Source: Kiritimatiellia bacterium (GTDB lineage: Bacteria; Verrucomicrobiota; Kiritimatiellia; JAAZAB01). From it: DNA of 64,000 bases. Both the position numbers and the translations under genes were made by a program. The notes beneath the pieces are model-generated. The model was given only the letters and a program-made list of their open reading frames with translations. It did no database searches and had not been told where the DNA came from. Shown piece by piece: positions 50,325-60,019 of this stretch. The number at the start of each line of letters is the position of its first letter. The first letter of the stretch is position 1. The stretch covers positions 10 to 64,009 of the forward strand of contig JBAZEM010000017.1 in NCBI GenBank assembly GCA_041653875.1. Direction: 5' to 3'.

Positions 50325-50531
50325 CGTTATCTACCTCCTTGCCCGACACCGTTTTGGCTTCTTTCGTCACATGCCCGAACCGTGCCGGGTTATTAAAAAA
50401 ATGCTTTCTGCTCCGGTAGGGCAGTCGTGCCCTATGCGGTGCGTCCTTCCGCCTTCACCGACCCAGGCTCCGCCGGAGGCTTCGCCGAGGCGAGGGCTTC
50501 GGCGGATAAGCCCTCAACCCGGGGTGGGCAG

Positions 50532-51659
50532 TCATGATTTCGTCTCCATTTCCTTCTCGATCTCTTGGACCGACGGCAGACTGCCTTTGAATTCTTTGGG
50601 TAGCGCCTTGACAATCTTCGTTTCCCATTGGGCCACGCCAATGGGCTTCTTGATATCGCGAAGCGCATATTCTACAACGATTTTATCCTTGGATCGACAC
50701 AGTAACAGGCCAATAGTCGGCTTGTCGTCGGGATGGCGGAGAAGATCGTCCGCCGCCGAAAGATACATGTTCATCTGCCCGGCGAAACCCGGTTCGAATG
50801 GAACAGCTTTCAGTTCCACCACCACGTAGCAGCGCAGTTTGACGTGGTAGAATAAAAGGTCGAGATAGAAGTCCTTCGATCCCACTTCCAAGTGTATTTG
50901 CCGGCCCATAAATGCAAATCCTGCGCCCATCTCCAGGAGAAAACGCTGAATGTGGTCCACCAGAGCGTGCTCGACTTCGCGTTCCCGGCGGGGATCGGCT
51001 GTGCCGATGAAGTCGAACAGGTACGGGTCTTTGAATATCTGCCCCGCCATGTCCGAATCGGCCGGCGGCAACGTAGCCGGGAAATTGTTAATAGCCTTGC
51101 CCAAACGTTTGTGGGCGCAGCCATCAATCTGCAGGCAGAGAATGGGTTGAGACCATCCATGCTCCACTGTTTTCCGCGCATACCAGAGGCGAATATCAGG
51201 TTCTTTTAATTTCTCCAGCAGGGCTAAATTGTGGTACCAAGTGATTTGTGCAAGCGGCCCTTGCACAATTGCCCGGTCCGGCCAGGTGGCGGCAAAGGTG
51301 CGCATGTACTTCAAATTGCGCGGCGAAAGACCTTGCATGTCGGGAAAGGCGTCCCGCAGGTCGAAGGAGAGGCGATCAATGACCTTTGCGCCCCAACCTT
51401 CGGATGCTTGCCGTTTTAGAATGATCTGTCCGATCTCCCAGTATGCCAGGATCATCGCGGCGTTTGCGGAAAGCACCGTCTTGATCCGGGTCTCTTGTAT
51501 CCGCTTCTTGAGGTCGGCCAGTGTGGCGGCGTAGTCAGGCGGCAATTCTGCAACCATCGCCGGGACTGTGAACCGGGCTTCATCTATATCGCGCCCCAGA
51601 GCGCGACGCGGCCCGGCGTTTGCCCGAACAAGCGTTATCGCATTACGCTTGGACTTCAT
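50532..51659 (-). CDS. YhcG-family PDDEXK nuclease (DUF1016)
   Basis: 375 aa; N-terminal DUF1016 region and C-terminal PD-(D/E)XK core (DLLFYHVKLRCYVVVELK). Confidence 0.7.
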   Translation of the reverse strand: MKSKRNAITLVRANAGPRRALGRDIDEARFTVPAMVAELPPDYAATLADLKKRIQETRIKTVLSANAAMILAYWEIGQIILKRQASEGWGAKVIDRLSFDLRDAFPDMQGLSPRNLKYMRTFAATWPDRAIVQGPLAQITWYHNLALLEKLKEPDIRLWYARKTVEHGWSQPILCLQIDGCAHKRLGKAINNFPATLPPADSDMAGQIFKDPYLFDFIGTADPRREREVEHALVDHIQRFLLEMGAGFAFMGRQIHLEVGSKDFYLDLLFYHVKLRCYVVVELKAVPFEPGFAGQMNMYLSAADDLLRHPDDKPTIGLLLCRSKDKIVVEYALRDIKKPIGVAQWETKIVKALPKEFKGSLPSVQEIEKEMETKS

Positions 51660-51847
51660 AAATTATGACCTCCAACACACATCCATTGTTTGGGCTTCAG
51701 CATAACGCCGGACGATATCTCCGAGCAAGTTAAATTCAAGGCGCTCGATTCGGGCAAACATTTTTCTTCATCCGGCAGGTTATTACGGGTATAAATAAAA
51801 CGCAAACCATCGAATGGCCGCAGGGTCAGGCGGCCGGGGAGATTATT

Positions 51848-52690
51848 ATGACGGAAGCCATACCGGAAAAACTGGGGATTATTGCCGGGCGCGGGGCCTA
51901 TCCGCGGCTCCTGGCGGAAGGCGCCAAAAAGCAGGGTGTGCGGCAGATTGTGGCCGTCGCGTTTCGCGGGGAAACCGATCCGGGAATCGAGAAGGCGTCC
52001 GACCAGGTCGTGTGGCTGCACGTCGGGCAACTGGAGGCCATGCTGGCGGCCTTTCGCAAGCATGGCATTGCCCAGGCGGTGATGGCCGGCCAGATTGCGC
52101 CCTCGAATCTTTTTCATGTCCGCTTGGATGCCCGCGCGTTGGCGATCCTGGCGCGACTGAAAGACCGCAACGCCAAAACCATTTTCGGGGCCGTTGGGGA
52201 TGAACTCAAGGCCATCGGGGTCGAACTCCTGCCGGCCTACCGGTTTATGGAAGACACCATGCCGGCCCCGGGCTTGCTCGGTCGCCGCGCGCCGACCGAG
52301 CGCGAGCGTTTGGATATCGAGCTGGGGCTCCAGGCGGCCAAGGCCACCAGCGCCCTGGAAATCGGGCAGACAGTCGTGGTCAAGGAAGGTGTGATTCTGG
52401 CGGTGGAGGCCTTTGAGGGCACGGACGACACCCTGTTGCGCGCCGGGAAGCTGGGGGGCGCCGGGGCCGTGGTGGTGAAGGTGGCGCGCCAGGGACACGA
52501 CATGCGCTACGACATTCCCGTGGTCGGCCTGCGCACCCTGGCGATGCTTAAAAAAATCAAGGCCGCCGTGCTGGCCGTGGAAGCGCACAAAACAATTTTG
52601 TTGGAACGGGAACAAATCGTCGAAGAAGCTGACAAACAAAATTTGGCATTCATCGCGGTGGAAGTGGAAGATAAAAGAAATTCCAGCTAA
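51848..52690 (+). CDS. lpxI: UDP-2,3-diacylglucosamine pyrophosphatase LpxI
   Basis: GIIAGRGAYP N-terminal motif and DUF1009 organisation; adjacent to lpxB. Confidence 0.75.
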   Translation: MTEAIPEKLGIIAGRGAYPRLLAEGAKKQGVRQIVAVAFRGETDPGIEKASDQVVWLHVGQLEAMLAAFRKHGIAQAVMAGQIAPSNLFHVRLDARALAILARLKDRNAKTIFGAVGDELKAIGVELLPAYRFMEDTMPAPGLLGRRAPTERERLDIELGLQAAKATSALEIGQTVVVKEGVILAVEAFEGTDDTLLRAGKLGGAGAVVVKVARQGHDMRYDIPVVGLRTLAMLKKIKAAVLAVEAHKTILLEREQIVEEADKQNLAFIAVEVEDKRNSS

Positions 52691-52733
52691 CATTCAAGTT
52701 TCAATCGAAATAACTTTTCCGTTCGGAGAAGAG

Positions 52734-52831
52734 GCAACTACGAAACACGCGAAAAGAAGTCAAAAACTTATCCAATATTAGCCGAACTCATGTTCCTTTT
52801 CGTGTATTTCGTGTGTTTCGTAGTTAAAAAA
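52734..52831. repeat. Hairpin cassette: ACGAAACAC-word arms between lpxI and gnnA-like gene
   Basis: Arm1 gcaactacgaaacacgcgaaaag; arm2 cttttcgtgtatttcgtgtgtttcgtagttaaaaaag; ~38-nt loop. Confidence 0.7.
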
Positions 52832-52866
52832 GATCTGAAACTTGGAATTTTGTTGGAGGTTTTGCT

Positions 52867-53826
52867 ATGAGCGATCATAAGGTTCGTGTCGGCGTGGTGG
52901 GGGTCGGCAGTTTGGGGCAGTGGCATGCCCGCATTTATTCGGAATTGCCGGAGGCCGAGTTAGTGGGGGTGTATGACGTCAATCGGGCGCGGGCCGAGGA
53001 GATTGCCAGGCGCTACCGGACGCGGGCCGTCGGGGACATGGCCGAATTGGCCGGGATGGTCGAGGCCGCCAGCATCGTGGTGCCGGCGGACAAGCATTTC
53101 GAGGCGGCCGCGCATTTTCTCGAGCGCGGCGTGCATCTCCTGGTGGAAAAACCGATTGCCACCCGCATGGCCGATGCCGAAGCCATGGTGTCCGCGGCCC
53201 AACAAAAGAATCTCGTTCTGCAGGTGGGGCATGTCGAGCGGTTTAATCCGGTGATGACATTCCTGGAAGGCATCCTGGTGCGCCCGCGTTTTATCGAGGC
53301 CCACCGGTTGCAGCCCTATCCGCCCGCGCGCGCCGGTCTGCATCCGCGCGGGACGGAGGTCAGCGTGGTGCTGGACCTCATGATCCACGATTTGGAAATC
53401 ATTTTGCACCTGGTGCGTTCGCCGGTGCGCGAGTTCCACGCCGTGGGCGTGCCGGTCCTGAGTGCCAGCGAGGATATCGCCAATGTGCGCCTCGAGTTCG
53501 AGAACGGTTGTGTGGCCAACGTGACCACCAGCCGGATCAGTCCGGAACATCTGCGTAAAATCCGCGTGTTCCAGGCGGACGCCTACATCTCGCTGGATTA
53601 CGAAAAGCAGGCCGGGGAGATCTACCGCAAGACCGGGGCGCGCATCGAGCGCAGCAAGGTTCCGATCGAGAAAGGCGAGGCGCTGAAAAACGAATTGACC
53701 GCGTTTGTCGAGTGCGTGCGCACGCGCGGCGCGCCGGTGGTCAGCGGCGAGAAAGCGGCGGAGGCGCTGAAATTGGCGGCGGCCATCTGCCGCCAAATGA
53801 AATGCAAAATGCAGAATGCAGAATGA
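52867..53826 (+). CDS. Gfo/Idh/MocA-family oxidoreductase (GnnA-like candidate)
   Basis: VRVGVVGVGSLGQWH Rossmann N-terminus, EKP motif. Located between lpxI and lpxB. Confidence 0.7.
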   Translation: MSDHKVRVGVVGVGSLGQWHARIYSELPEAELVGVYDVNRARAEEIARRYRTRAVGDMAELAGMVEAASIVVPADKHFEAAAHFLERGVHLLVEKPIATRMADAEAMVSAAQQKNLVLQVGHVERFNPVMTFLEGILVRPRFIEAHRLQPYPPARAGLHPRGTEVSVVLDLMIHDLEIILHLVRSPVREFHAVGVPVLSASEDIANVRLEFENGCVANVTTSRISPEHLRKIRVFQADAYISLDYEKQAGEIYRKTGARIERSKVPIEKGEALKNELTAFVECVRTRGAPVVSGEKAAEALKLAAAICRQMKCKMQNAE

Positions 53827-53943
53827 AGGATTTGGAATTGGTGAAGGATGGAAGCGCAGGCAAGGAAATGGCGGTAAAATGAAAATAAATAATAGTGGAA
53901 TTTTCGATCATTCTGCATTCTGCATTCTGCATTCTGCATTTTC
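53795..53943. repeat. Hairpin cassette: AATGCAG-word arms between gnnA-like gene and lpxB
   Basis: Arm1 aaatgaaatgcaaaatgcagaatgcagaatgaagg encodes the C-terminal KCKMQNAE of the upstream protein. Arm2 gatcattctgcattctgcattctgcattctgcattttc. ~75-nt loop. Confidence 0.75.
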
Positions 53944-53946
53944 TTT

Positions 53947-55110
53947 ATGAAGCCTTCCTCCATCATGATTATCGCCGGCGAGATTTCGGGCGACATGCAT
54001 GCCGCCGCCCTGCTGCGGGCGATGCGGCGGCAGCGGCCCGACCTCGTGTGCTTCGGCATCGGCGGCGAGAACCTGCGGGCGGCCGGCATGGAAACCCATT
54101 ATGACGTTCGCGACATGGCGGTCCTGGGATTGACGGAAGTCCTGCTCCGGTTCCGTTTTTTCAAGCGGGTTTTCGACGAAATGCTGGCGCTGGCCCGGCA
54201 ACGCCGGCCGGATGCCATTTTGCTGGTGGACTATCCCGGCTTCAATTTGCGGTTTGCCGCCCGGGCGCATGCGCTGGGCTTCAAGGTGCTCTATTATATT
54301 TGTCCGCAGGTGTGGGCCTGGAACCGCGGCCGCATTCCGCGCATGGCGCGGGTTGTGGATCGCCTGCTGGCGATTTTCCCATTCGAAGCGGATGTGTTCA
54401 AGAATAGCGGCCTGCGCGTTGATTTTGTGGGACATCCCTTGGTGGCGCAAGCGGCCGCGGCGCGCGCGGAGCCCCTGGCGCCGTTGCCCTGGCCAGGCGA
54501 GCCGCGTATTGCGCTTTTGCCCGGGAGCCGCTATCATGAAGTCAAGCGAATCCTGCCGGTGATGTGGGCGGCCGCGGCGCTGGTACAGCGTCAATTTCCC
54601 GGCGCCGGATTCATCATTGCCGCGCCGTCGGAGGAAGTGGCCGGCTGGGCGCGGACCGTGATGGGGTCCTTGGGCAAGGGACCGGAGCATGTCTCCGTGG
54701 TGGCCGGGCAGACGCGCCAGGTCCTGCGCCAGGCGCGCGCGGCGCTGGTGGCGTCCGGCACCGCCACGATCGAAACGGCCTTGATGCGCTGTCCCATGCT
54801 CGTGGTTTACCGGGTGGCCTGGGCCACCTATTGCATTGGAAGGCTCCTGATCCGTGTGCCGTACCTGGGCATGGTCAATATCGTGGCCGGGGAACGCCTG
54901 TGCCCGGAATTCATCCAGCATGAGGCGCGTCCGGAAGCGATGGCCGCGGCGCTCTCGCCGCTCCTGCGCGCCGGCCCCGCGCGGGAAACGATGCTGGCCG
55001 GCCTTGACCGCGTCAGCCAGGCCCTGGGCGATCCCCAGGCCGCCGAGCATGCCGCGGATATTATTTTGCGGGAGATTATGAATTCTCTTCAGGAAGTCAG
55101 GAGACAGTAG
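53947..55110 (+). CDS. lpxB: Lipid-A-disaccharide synthase
   Basis: IMIIAGEISGD N-terminus, GT19 fold, DYPGFN, GSR motifs. Confidence 0.9.
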   Translation: MKPSSIMIIAGEISGDMHAAALLRAMRRQRPDLVCFGIGGENLRAAGMETHYDVRDMAVLGLTEVLLRFRFFKRVFDEMLALARQRRPDAILLVDYPGFNLRFAARAHALGFKVLYYICPQVWAWNRGRIPRMARVVDRLLAIFPFEADVFKNSGLRVDFVGHPLVAQAAAARAEPLAPLPWPGEPRIALLPGSRYHEVKRILPVMWAAAALVQRQFPGAGFIIAAPSEEVAGWARTVMGSLGKGPEHVSVVAGQTRQVLRQARAALVASGTATIETALMRCPMLVVYRVAWATYCIGRLLIRVPYLGMVNIVAGERLCPEFIQHEARPEAMAAALSPLLRAGPARETMLAGLDRVSQALGDPQAAEHAADIILREIMNSLQEVRRQ

Positions 55111-55179
55111 TCAGGAGACAGAATAAGATCGGCAGATAAAACCGCAGTTCATTCTGAATTCTGACTCCTGACTTCTGGA
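55091..55179. repeat. Hairpin cassette: GTCAGGA-word arms between lpxB and GT2 gene
   Basis: Arm1 caggaagtcaggagacagtagtcaggagacagaataag encodes the lpxB tail QEVRRQ. Arm2 cattctgaattctgactcctgacttctgg. Confidence 0.7.
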
Positions 55180-55199
55180 TACCCGAGTAATTGCTGATT

Positions 55200-56021
55200 A
55201 TGAAAACCACGGTCATTGTCACGGTCTATAACCGGCCGGTCATGCTGATTGCCTGCCTGCGGGCGCTGGCGCTTTCCACCCAGCGCGTGGATGAAGCCGT
55301 GGTTTCGGATGACGGCTCCAGCGCCGATAATGTCCGCCAAATGAAGGCCGCGTTTCCGGATCTGCCGTTTCCCGTTCGTTTCGTCAGTCAGGAAGACCGT
55401 GGTTATCGCTTGGCGGCCGCGCGCAACAACGCCCTGCGCCAGGCGACCGGCGATTACATCATATCTTTGGACTGCGACATCCTGCTCTTGCCGGATGCGG
55501 TCATGGCGCATGTAAAGGCGGCGCGCCGCGGCTGGTTTCTGGCGGCCAACCGGGCCTGTGTCGGCGAGGCGGAAACCAAAGAGGCGCTCCAGCAGGCGAT
55601 GCATCCCCGGCTTTTGGAGGTGCTCTGGGAGGACGCCGACCGAAGCCATCTGCGCCGCGCGCATCATCAATTTCAACGCAATGTCTGGTTGCGCCGTTTT
55701 GGCCTGGCTAAGCGTCACAAACCAAAAATTTTGGGGTGCCATTTCTCGGTTTTCCGCGAGGATATCGAGCGGGTCAACGGGTTTGACGAGGCTTATGTCG
55801 GGTGGGGACTCGAGGATGACGATTTTTCCATGCGCCTGCACAAGGCCGGTGTGCGCGGGCGGTCATTGATCCTGGAAGCCAATGCCCTGCATCTCTGGCA
55901 TCCATCCGTGGCTTCCCGCCCGGCCAATCAAGCCGCCAGCCCGAACATCGCCTATTTCCGGCGCCGGGATGTCCCGGCCTTTTGCGTTCAAGGCCTGCGG
56001 ACTGGACGCCAGACACACTGA
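55200..56021 (+). CDS. Family 2 glycosyltransferase
   Basis: VIVTVYNRP, DDGSSAD, DCD GT-A motifs. Confidence 0.7.
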   Translation: MKTTVIVTVYNRPVMLIACLRALALSTQRVDEAVVSDDGSSADNVRQMKAAFPDLPFPVRFVSQEDRGYRLAAARNNALRQATGDYIISLDCDILLLPDAVMAHVKAARRGWFLAANRACVGEAETKEALQQAMHPRLLEVLWEDADRSHLRRAHHQFQRNVWLRRFGLAKRHKPKILGCHFSVFREDIERVNGFDEAYVGWGLEDDDFSMRLHKAGVRGRSLILEANALHLWHPSVASRPANQAASPNIAYFRRRDVPAFCVQGLRTGRQTH

Positions 56022-56107
56022 AAACAAAAATACTTGCGCTTTACTGGAAAGGACATTATCTTCCCCGTTGCCATATCGGTTCATTAACACATACGAAAGG
56101 ATTTGCC

Positions 56108-57229
56108 ATGAATGTTGGGTTTTATGGACACGTTCGCCAGTATCATAATCTCAAGAAAGAAATCGACGCCAATATCCAGACTGTGCTGGAAAGCGGCGAA
56201 TATGTCATGGGCCCCATGTTGAAGCGTTTTGAGGGCGAATTGGCCGAATACGCCGGCACGAAGCACGCCATTGGCGTCGGCAACGGCACGGACGCTTTGT
56301 GGCTGACGTTCATGGCTCTGGGCATCGGGCCGGGCGACGAATGCATCACGCATACGAACACGTTTTTCGCCACAGCGGAAGCCGTCTGGATTGCCGGCGC
56401 CACCTGTGTGTTCGTGGATTGCGATCCGCGCACGAAATGCATCGACCCCTCTAAAATCGAGGCGGCCATCACGCCCCGCACCAAGGCCATTATTCCCGTG
56501 CATTTGTACGGCCAATGCGCGGACATGCCGGCCATCCGCAAGATCGCCGACAAGCACCACCTGCTGGTCGTCGAGGACAATGCCCAGGCTTTCGGCGCCG
56601 CTGGCCAGGGCTTCAAAATCGGCCAACTCAGCGATGCGGTCTGCACCAGTTTCATCATTCAAAAGAACCTGGGAACCTTCGGCGATGGCGGCGCCATTAT
56701 GACCAACCGCGAAGACATCGACCGGCAAGTCCGCAAGTTGCGCAATCACGGCTCGGAAAAACGCTCGTGCCACAGTTATGGGTTTAACAGCCGGTTGGAC
56801 GACCTGCACGCCGGGATTCTGAGCGCCAAACTCAAGGCCATCGACGCCGGGAACGATATGCGGCGCAAATTGGCCGCCCGCTATACAGCCGGCCTGCGGA
56901 ATGCCAAGCATTTCACGCTTCCTTGCGAAGTCCCCGGTTACCGGCATGTCTATCACCTGTATGTCATTGAAACCAGGAAGGCCGGCGATCGGGATGTCCT
57001 GATCAAATTCCTTCAGGACAATGGGGTTGACGCCAAATGCCATTACCCCATCGCCATCCACCAGCAGGCGGGCTATCCCTGGGGCAAAGGCGCGCGCATC
57101 GTCGGCTCAATGACCAACGCCGAATGGAACGCCGCCACATGTGTGTCGTTGCCCATGTACCCGGAATTGACGAACGAAGAACTGGATTATGTCGTCGCCA
57201 AGGTGCTGGAATGGGATGCCCGCGCCTGA
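56108..57229 (+). CDS. DegT/DnrJ/EryC1/StrS-family PLP aminotransferase (GnnB-like candidate)
   Basis: YVMGP, GNGTDAL, FGDGG, HYP motifs of sugar aminotransferases. Confidence 0.8.
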   Translation: MNVGFYGHVRQYHNLKKEIDANIQTVLESGEYVMGPMLKRFEGELAEYAGTKHAIGVGNGTDALWLTFMALGIGPGDECITHTNTFFATAEAVWIAGATCVFVDCDPRTKCIDPSKIEAAITPRTKAIIPVHLYGQCADMPAIRKIADKHHLLVVEDNAQAFGAAGQGFKIGQLSDAVCTSFIIQKNLGTFGDGGAIMTNREDIDRQVRKLRNHGSEKRSCHSYGFNSRLDDLHAGILSAKLKAIDAGNDMRRKLAARYTAGLRNAKHFTLPCEVPGYRHVYHLYVIETRKAGDRDVLIKFLQDNGVDAKCHYPIAIHQQAGYPWGKGARIVGSMTNAEWNAATCVSLPMYPELTNEELDYVVAKVLEWDARA

Positions 57230-57243
57230 TCAAGGCAGATGAA

Positions 57244-57436
57244 GCAAACATCGAACATCCAACACCGAACATCCAACATCGAAGTGAAGATAAAGCATCC
57301 GAATACAAATTCCAAGCTTTCTGACCTTCGATATTGGATGTTTAAAGTTCGCTTTATTCGTTTATTATTCAGCCACATCTGATCGGATTTTTTCATTCGA
57401 TGTTCGGCGTTCGATGTTGGATGTTCGATGTTCGCT
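57244..57436. repeat. Hairpin cassette: ATCGAAC/ATCCAAC-word arms between aminotransferase and Gfo/Idh/MocA genes
   Basis: Arm1 gcaaacatcgaacatccaacaccgaacatccaacatcgaag; arm2 cattcgatgttcggcgttcgatgttggatgttcgatgttcgc; ~110-nt AT-rich loop. Confidence 0.75.
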
Positions 57437-57479
57437 TTAATGTATGGCTCTGAACGCATGACACATCCAGGAGATCATC

Positions 57480-58550
57480 ATGACAGCCCCTTATCGTGTT
57501 GGTATCGTCGGCATGGGTAAACGCGGGTTGCACCATGCGGCCACTTTCAAGGCGAACAGCCGCTTCGAGCTTGCGGGCATTTGCGACTTGGACCAGGCGC
57601 GCCTCGCGGCGGCCGCGGCTAAATTGGGCGCGCCTCCCGTATTCACCGACGCCCGGGCCATGATTCGGAGCGCGAAGCTGGACCTGTTCTGTTTCTGCAC
57701 GCTGCCTAACCTGCGCCGGGACATGATTCGGTTGGGAATCGAAAGCGGCGCCCGGCTGATCGCCTTCGAGAAACCGGTGGCGCTTACCAGCGCCGAAGGC
57801 ATGGAAGTCAAGAGCCTGCTGGATGCCGCGGGCGTCAAGGCCGTGGTCAGTCATCAGCATCGCTATGGCGTTCATTATCAGAAGGTGCATGAAATCATTG
57901 CAAGCGGCGCCTTGGGCCGCGTGCATACGGTTTATGGCGCATCCACCGGCTGGATGGCGCATATGCTAAGTCATTTGATCGACTACCTGCGCTGGTTTAA
58001 CGGCAACGCGGACGCCGCCTGGGTCATGGCCCAAGCCGCCGGGCGCGGCAAATTAACCGACGCGCATCCGTCGCCGGATTATATCGCCGGGTTCATTCAT
58101 TTCAGCAACGGCGTTCGCGGCATTGTGGAATGCGGCGCCGGCGCGCCGGACGTGCCGGAAGTGGATTACTGGTGGCGTAAATGCCGTATGGGCGCTCAAG
58201 GCACGGATGGTTTCGCGGAGGTGCTTACCGGCGGCGGCTGGCGCGCCGTCACCAAGAACGGCGCGCAATCGGGCCCCGGCTGTATGAATTACGACCTCGA
58301 CATGCCGCCGTATATCCAACAGATGGCCGACTGGCTTGACGACGACCGCAAGGTCCATCCCTGTAATTTTGCCGGCGCCTACAAAGGGTTTGAAATCATG
58401 ATGGCGCTTTGCCGGTCCGTGATCGAAGGCGGCCAGGTCGCTTTGCCCCTGCCGGGCGGCGCGGATGAACTGGCCCAATTACGGGCAAAACTCCCCGCCA
58501 AACAAGTGATCCTGTCCATGCCCCAGAACGCCAAGGAGTACCCGGGCTGA
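57480..58550 (+). CDS. Gfo/Idh/MocA-family oxidoreductase
   Basis: YRVGIVGMGKRG Rossmann, EKP motif. Confidence 0.8.
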   Translation: MTAPYRVGIVGMGKRGLHHAATFKANSRFELAGICDLDQARLAAAAAKLGAPPVFTDARAMIRSAKLDLFCFCTLPNLRRDMIRLGIESGARLIAFEKPVALTSAEGMEVKSLLDAAGVKAVVSHQHRYGVHYQKVHEIIASGALGRVHTVYGASTGWMAHMLSHLIDYLRWFNGNADAAWVMAQAAGRGKLTDAHPSPDYIAGFIHFSNGVRGIVECGAGAPDVPEVDYWWRKCRMGAQGTDGFAEVLTGGGWRAVTKNGAQSGPGCMNYDLDMPPYIQQMADWLDDDRKVHPCNFAGAYKGFEIMMALCRSVIEGGQVALPLPGGADELAQLRAKLPAKQVILSMPQNAKEYPG

Positions 58551-58556
58551 AAAAAC

Positions 58557-58663
58557 AAATGCAAAATGCAGAATGAAGAATGCAGAAACTTTAGAGCCCG
58601 GAATGGACGAAAAAAGACTATAGAACCGATCTCGTAATTCTTCATTCTGCATTCTGCATTTCT
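58557..58663. repeat. Hairpin cassette: AATGCAG-word arms between Gfo/Idh/MocA gene and nagB
   Basis: Arm1 aaatgcaaaatgcagaatgaagaatgcagaaac; arm2 aattcttcattctgcattctgcatttc; ~45-nt loop. Confidence 0.75.
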
Positions 58664-58667
58664 TATT

Positions 58668-59453
58668 ATGGAAGTTATTATTCAGCCGAATGCCGCGGCG
58701 GCCACGCGGCTGGTTGCGCGCCTGATCGCCAAGGCTTTGCGCCAGAACCCCGGCCTCGTTCTCGGTCTGGCCACCGGGCGAACCATGGAACAGGTTTATG
58801 CCCTGCTGGCGGATATGCATAAAGAGGAAGGCCTCGATTTCGCGCGTTGCCGGACGTTCAACCTGGACGAATATGCGGGCCTGCCGCCGGAGGACAACCA
58901 TTCCTACCGGTTCTACATGAACCACCATCTGTTTGCCAAGGTCAACATCGACCGGCGCAACACGCACCTGCCGGACGGCATGGCGGACGATCTGGATGCG
59001 GCCTGCATCCGATACGAACAGGCCATCCAAGAAGCCGGCGGCATCGATTTCCAATTGCTGGGCATCGGCCACGACGGGCACATCGGCTTCAACGAACCGC
59101 TCTCCGCTTTGCGTTCGCGCACGCGCGTCAAGGTGTTGACACCCCAGACCATGGCCGCCAACGGCCCGCTTTTTGACGGCCGGGAGCGCATGCCCCGGCG
59201 GGCGCTGACGATGGGTGTGGGCACGATCTTGGACAGCAAGCGTTGTGTCCTGCTGGCCGCCGGAACAGCCAAGGCCGACATCCTCGCCAAGGCCGTCGAA
59301 GGCCCGATCACCGCCATGGTGTCCGCCTCCGCCTTGCAATTGCATCCGCACTGCACCATTGTGGTTGACGAGGAAGCCGCCGCGCGGCTCGAGGGCAAGG
59401 ATTATTATCGCTTTGTTTTCCGGAACGAACCGGAGTGGCAAGAGTTTCAATAA
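58668..59453 (+). CDS. nagB: Glucosamine-6-phosphate deaminase
   Basis: LATGRTM, FNLDEY, LGIGHDGHIGFNEP signatures. Confidence 0.85.
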   Translation: MEVIIQPNAAAATRLVARLIAKALRQNPGLVLGLATGRTMEQVYALLADMHKEEGLDFARCRTFNLDEYAGLPPEDNHSYRFYMNHHLFAKVNIDRRNTHLPDGMADDLDAACIRYEQAIQEAGGIDFQLLGIGHDGHIGFNEPLSALRSRTRVKVLTPQTMAANGPLFDGRERMPRRALTMGVGTILDSKRCVLLAAGTAKADILAKAVEGPITAMVSASALQLHPHCTIVVDEEAAARLEGKDYYRFVFRNEPEWQEFQ

Positions 59454-59456
59454 CCC

Positions 59457-60011
59457 ATGACTATCCCCCGCCCATCCCGATCGATATGCGCCGCCCTGGG
59501 TGTCGCCCTCGCGCTTGCGATCCGGCCGGCGTTTGCCGAAGAAAGCCCGCACTCCCTGAGCGTGGGCGGACGCTATCACACGGAAAACACCGTTTTTACC
59601 GACCTGCCTTACGGTAACGCCGACCTCTCCTACGGCCTGGCCTACACCTTTGTCGAGAAGCACGTCGGCCTGAAATTGGGCGCCGATTTTTCGCCTGATG
59701 TATCCGGCACACGGGACGCGCCCCATACCAACAAGACCGATTACGTCGTCACGCCCCAGGCCAACATCATTATCAAAGACCGGATGTTCCGCGGCGGCGT
59801 TGGCATCCTGACCAGTTATATTCGCGACGACAAAGACGAAGGCGACTGGCTGAGCCTCTACTGGCAAATGATGCTGGGGCTTTCCGTTCCCATCTATCGG
59901 CATTTTTCCATAGAAGGCAATGTATATTACGTCCTGGAAGACTGGGGTAAAATCGTCAATTTCCGGCCGAAAGAATTGGAGTACGGCCTCTGGTTGAATT
60001 ATAACTTTTGA
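59457..60011 (+). CDS. Putative outer-membrane beta-barrel protein
   Basis: Signal peptide (ALGVALALAIRPAFA), alternating hydrophobic strands, C-terminal aromatic (NYNF). Confidence 0.4.
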   Translation: MTIPRPSRSICAALGVALALAIRPAFAEESPHSLSVGGRYHTENTVFTDLPYGNADLSYGLAYTFVEKHVGLKLGADFSPDVSGTRDAPHTNKTDYVVTPQANIIIKDRMFRGGVGILTSYIRDDKDEGDWLSLYWQMMLGLSVPIYRHFSIEGNVYYVLEDWGKIVNFRPKELEYGLWLNYNF

Positions 60012-60019
60012 CGTAACAA

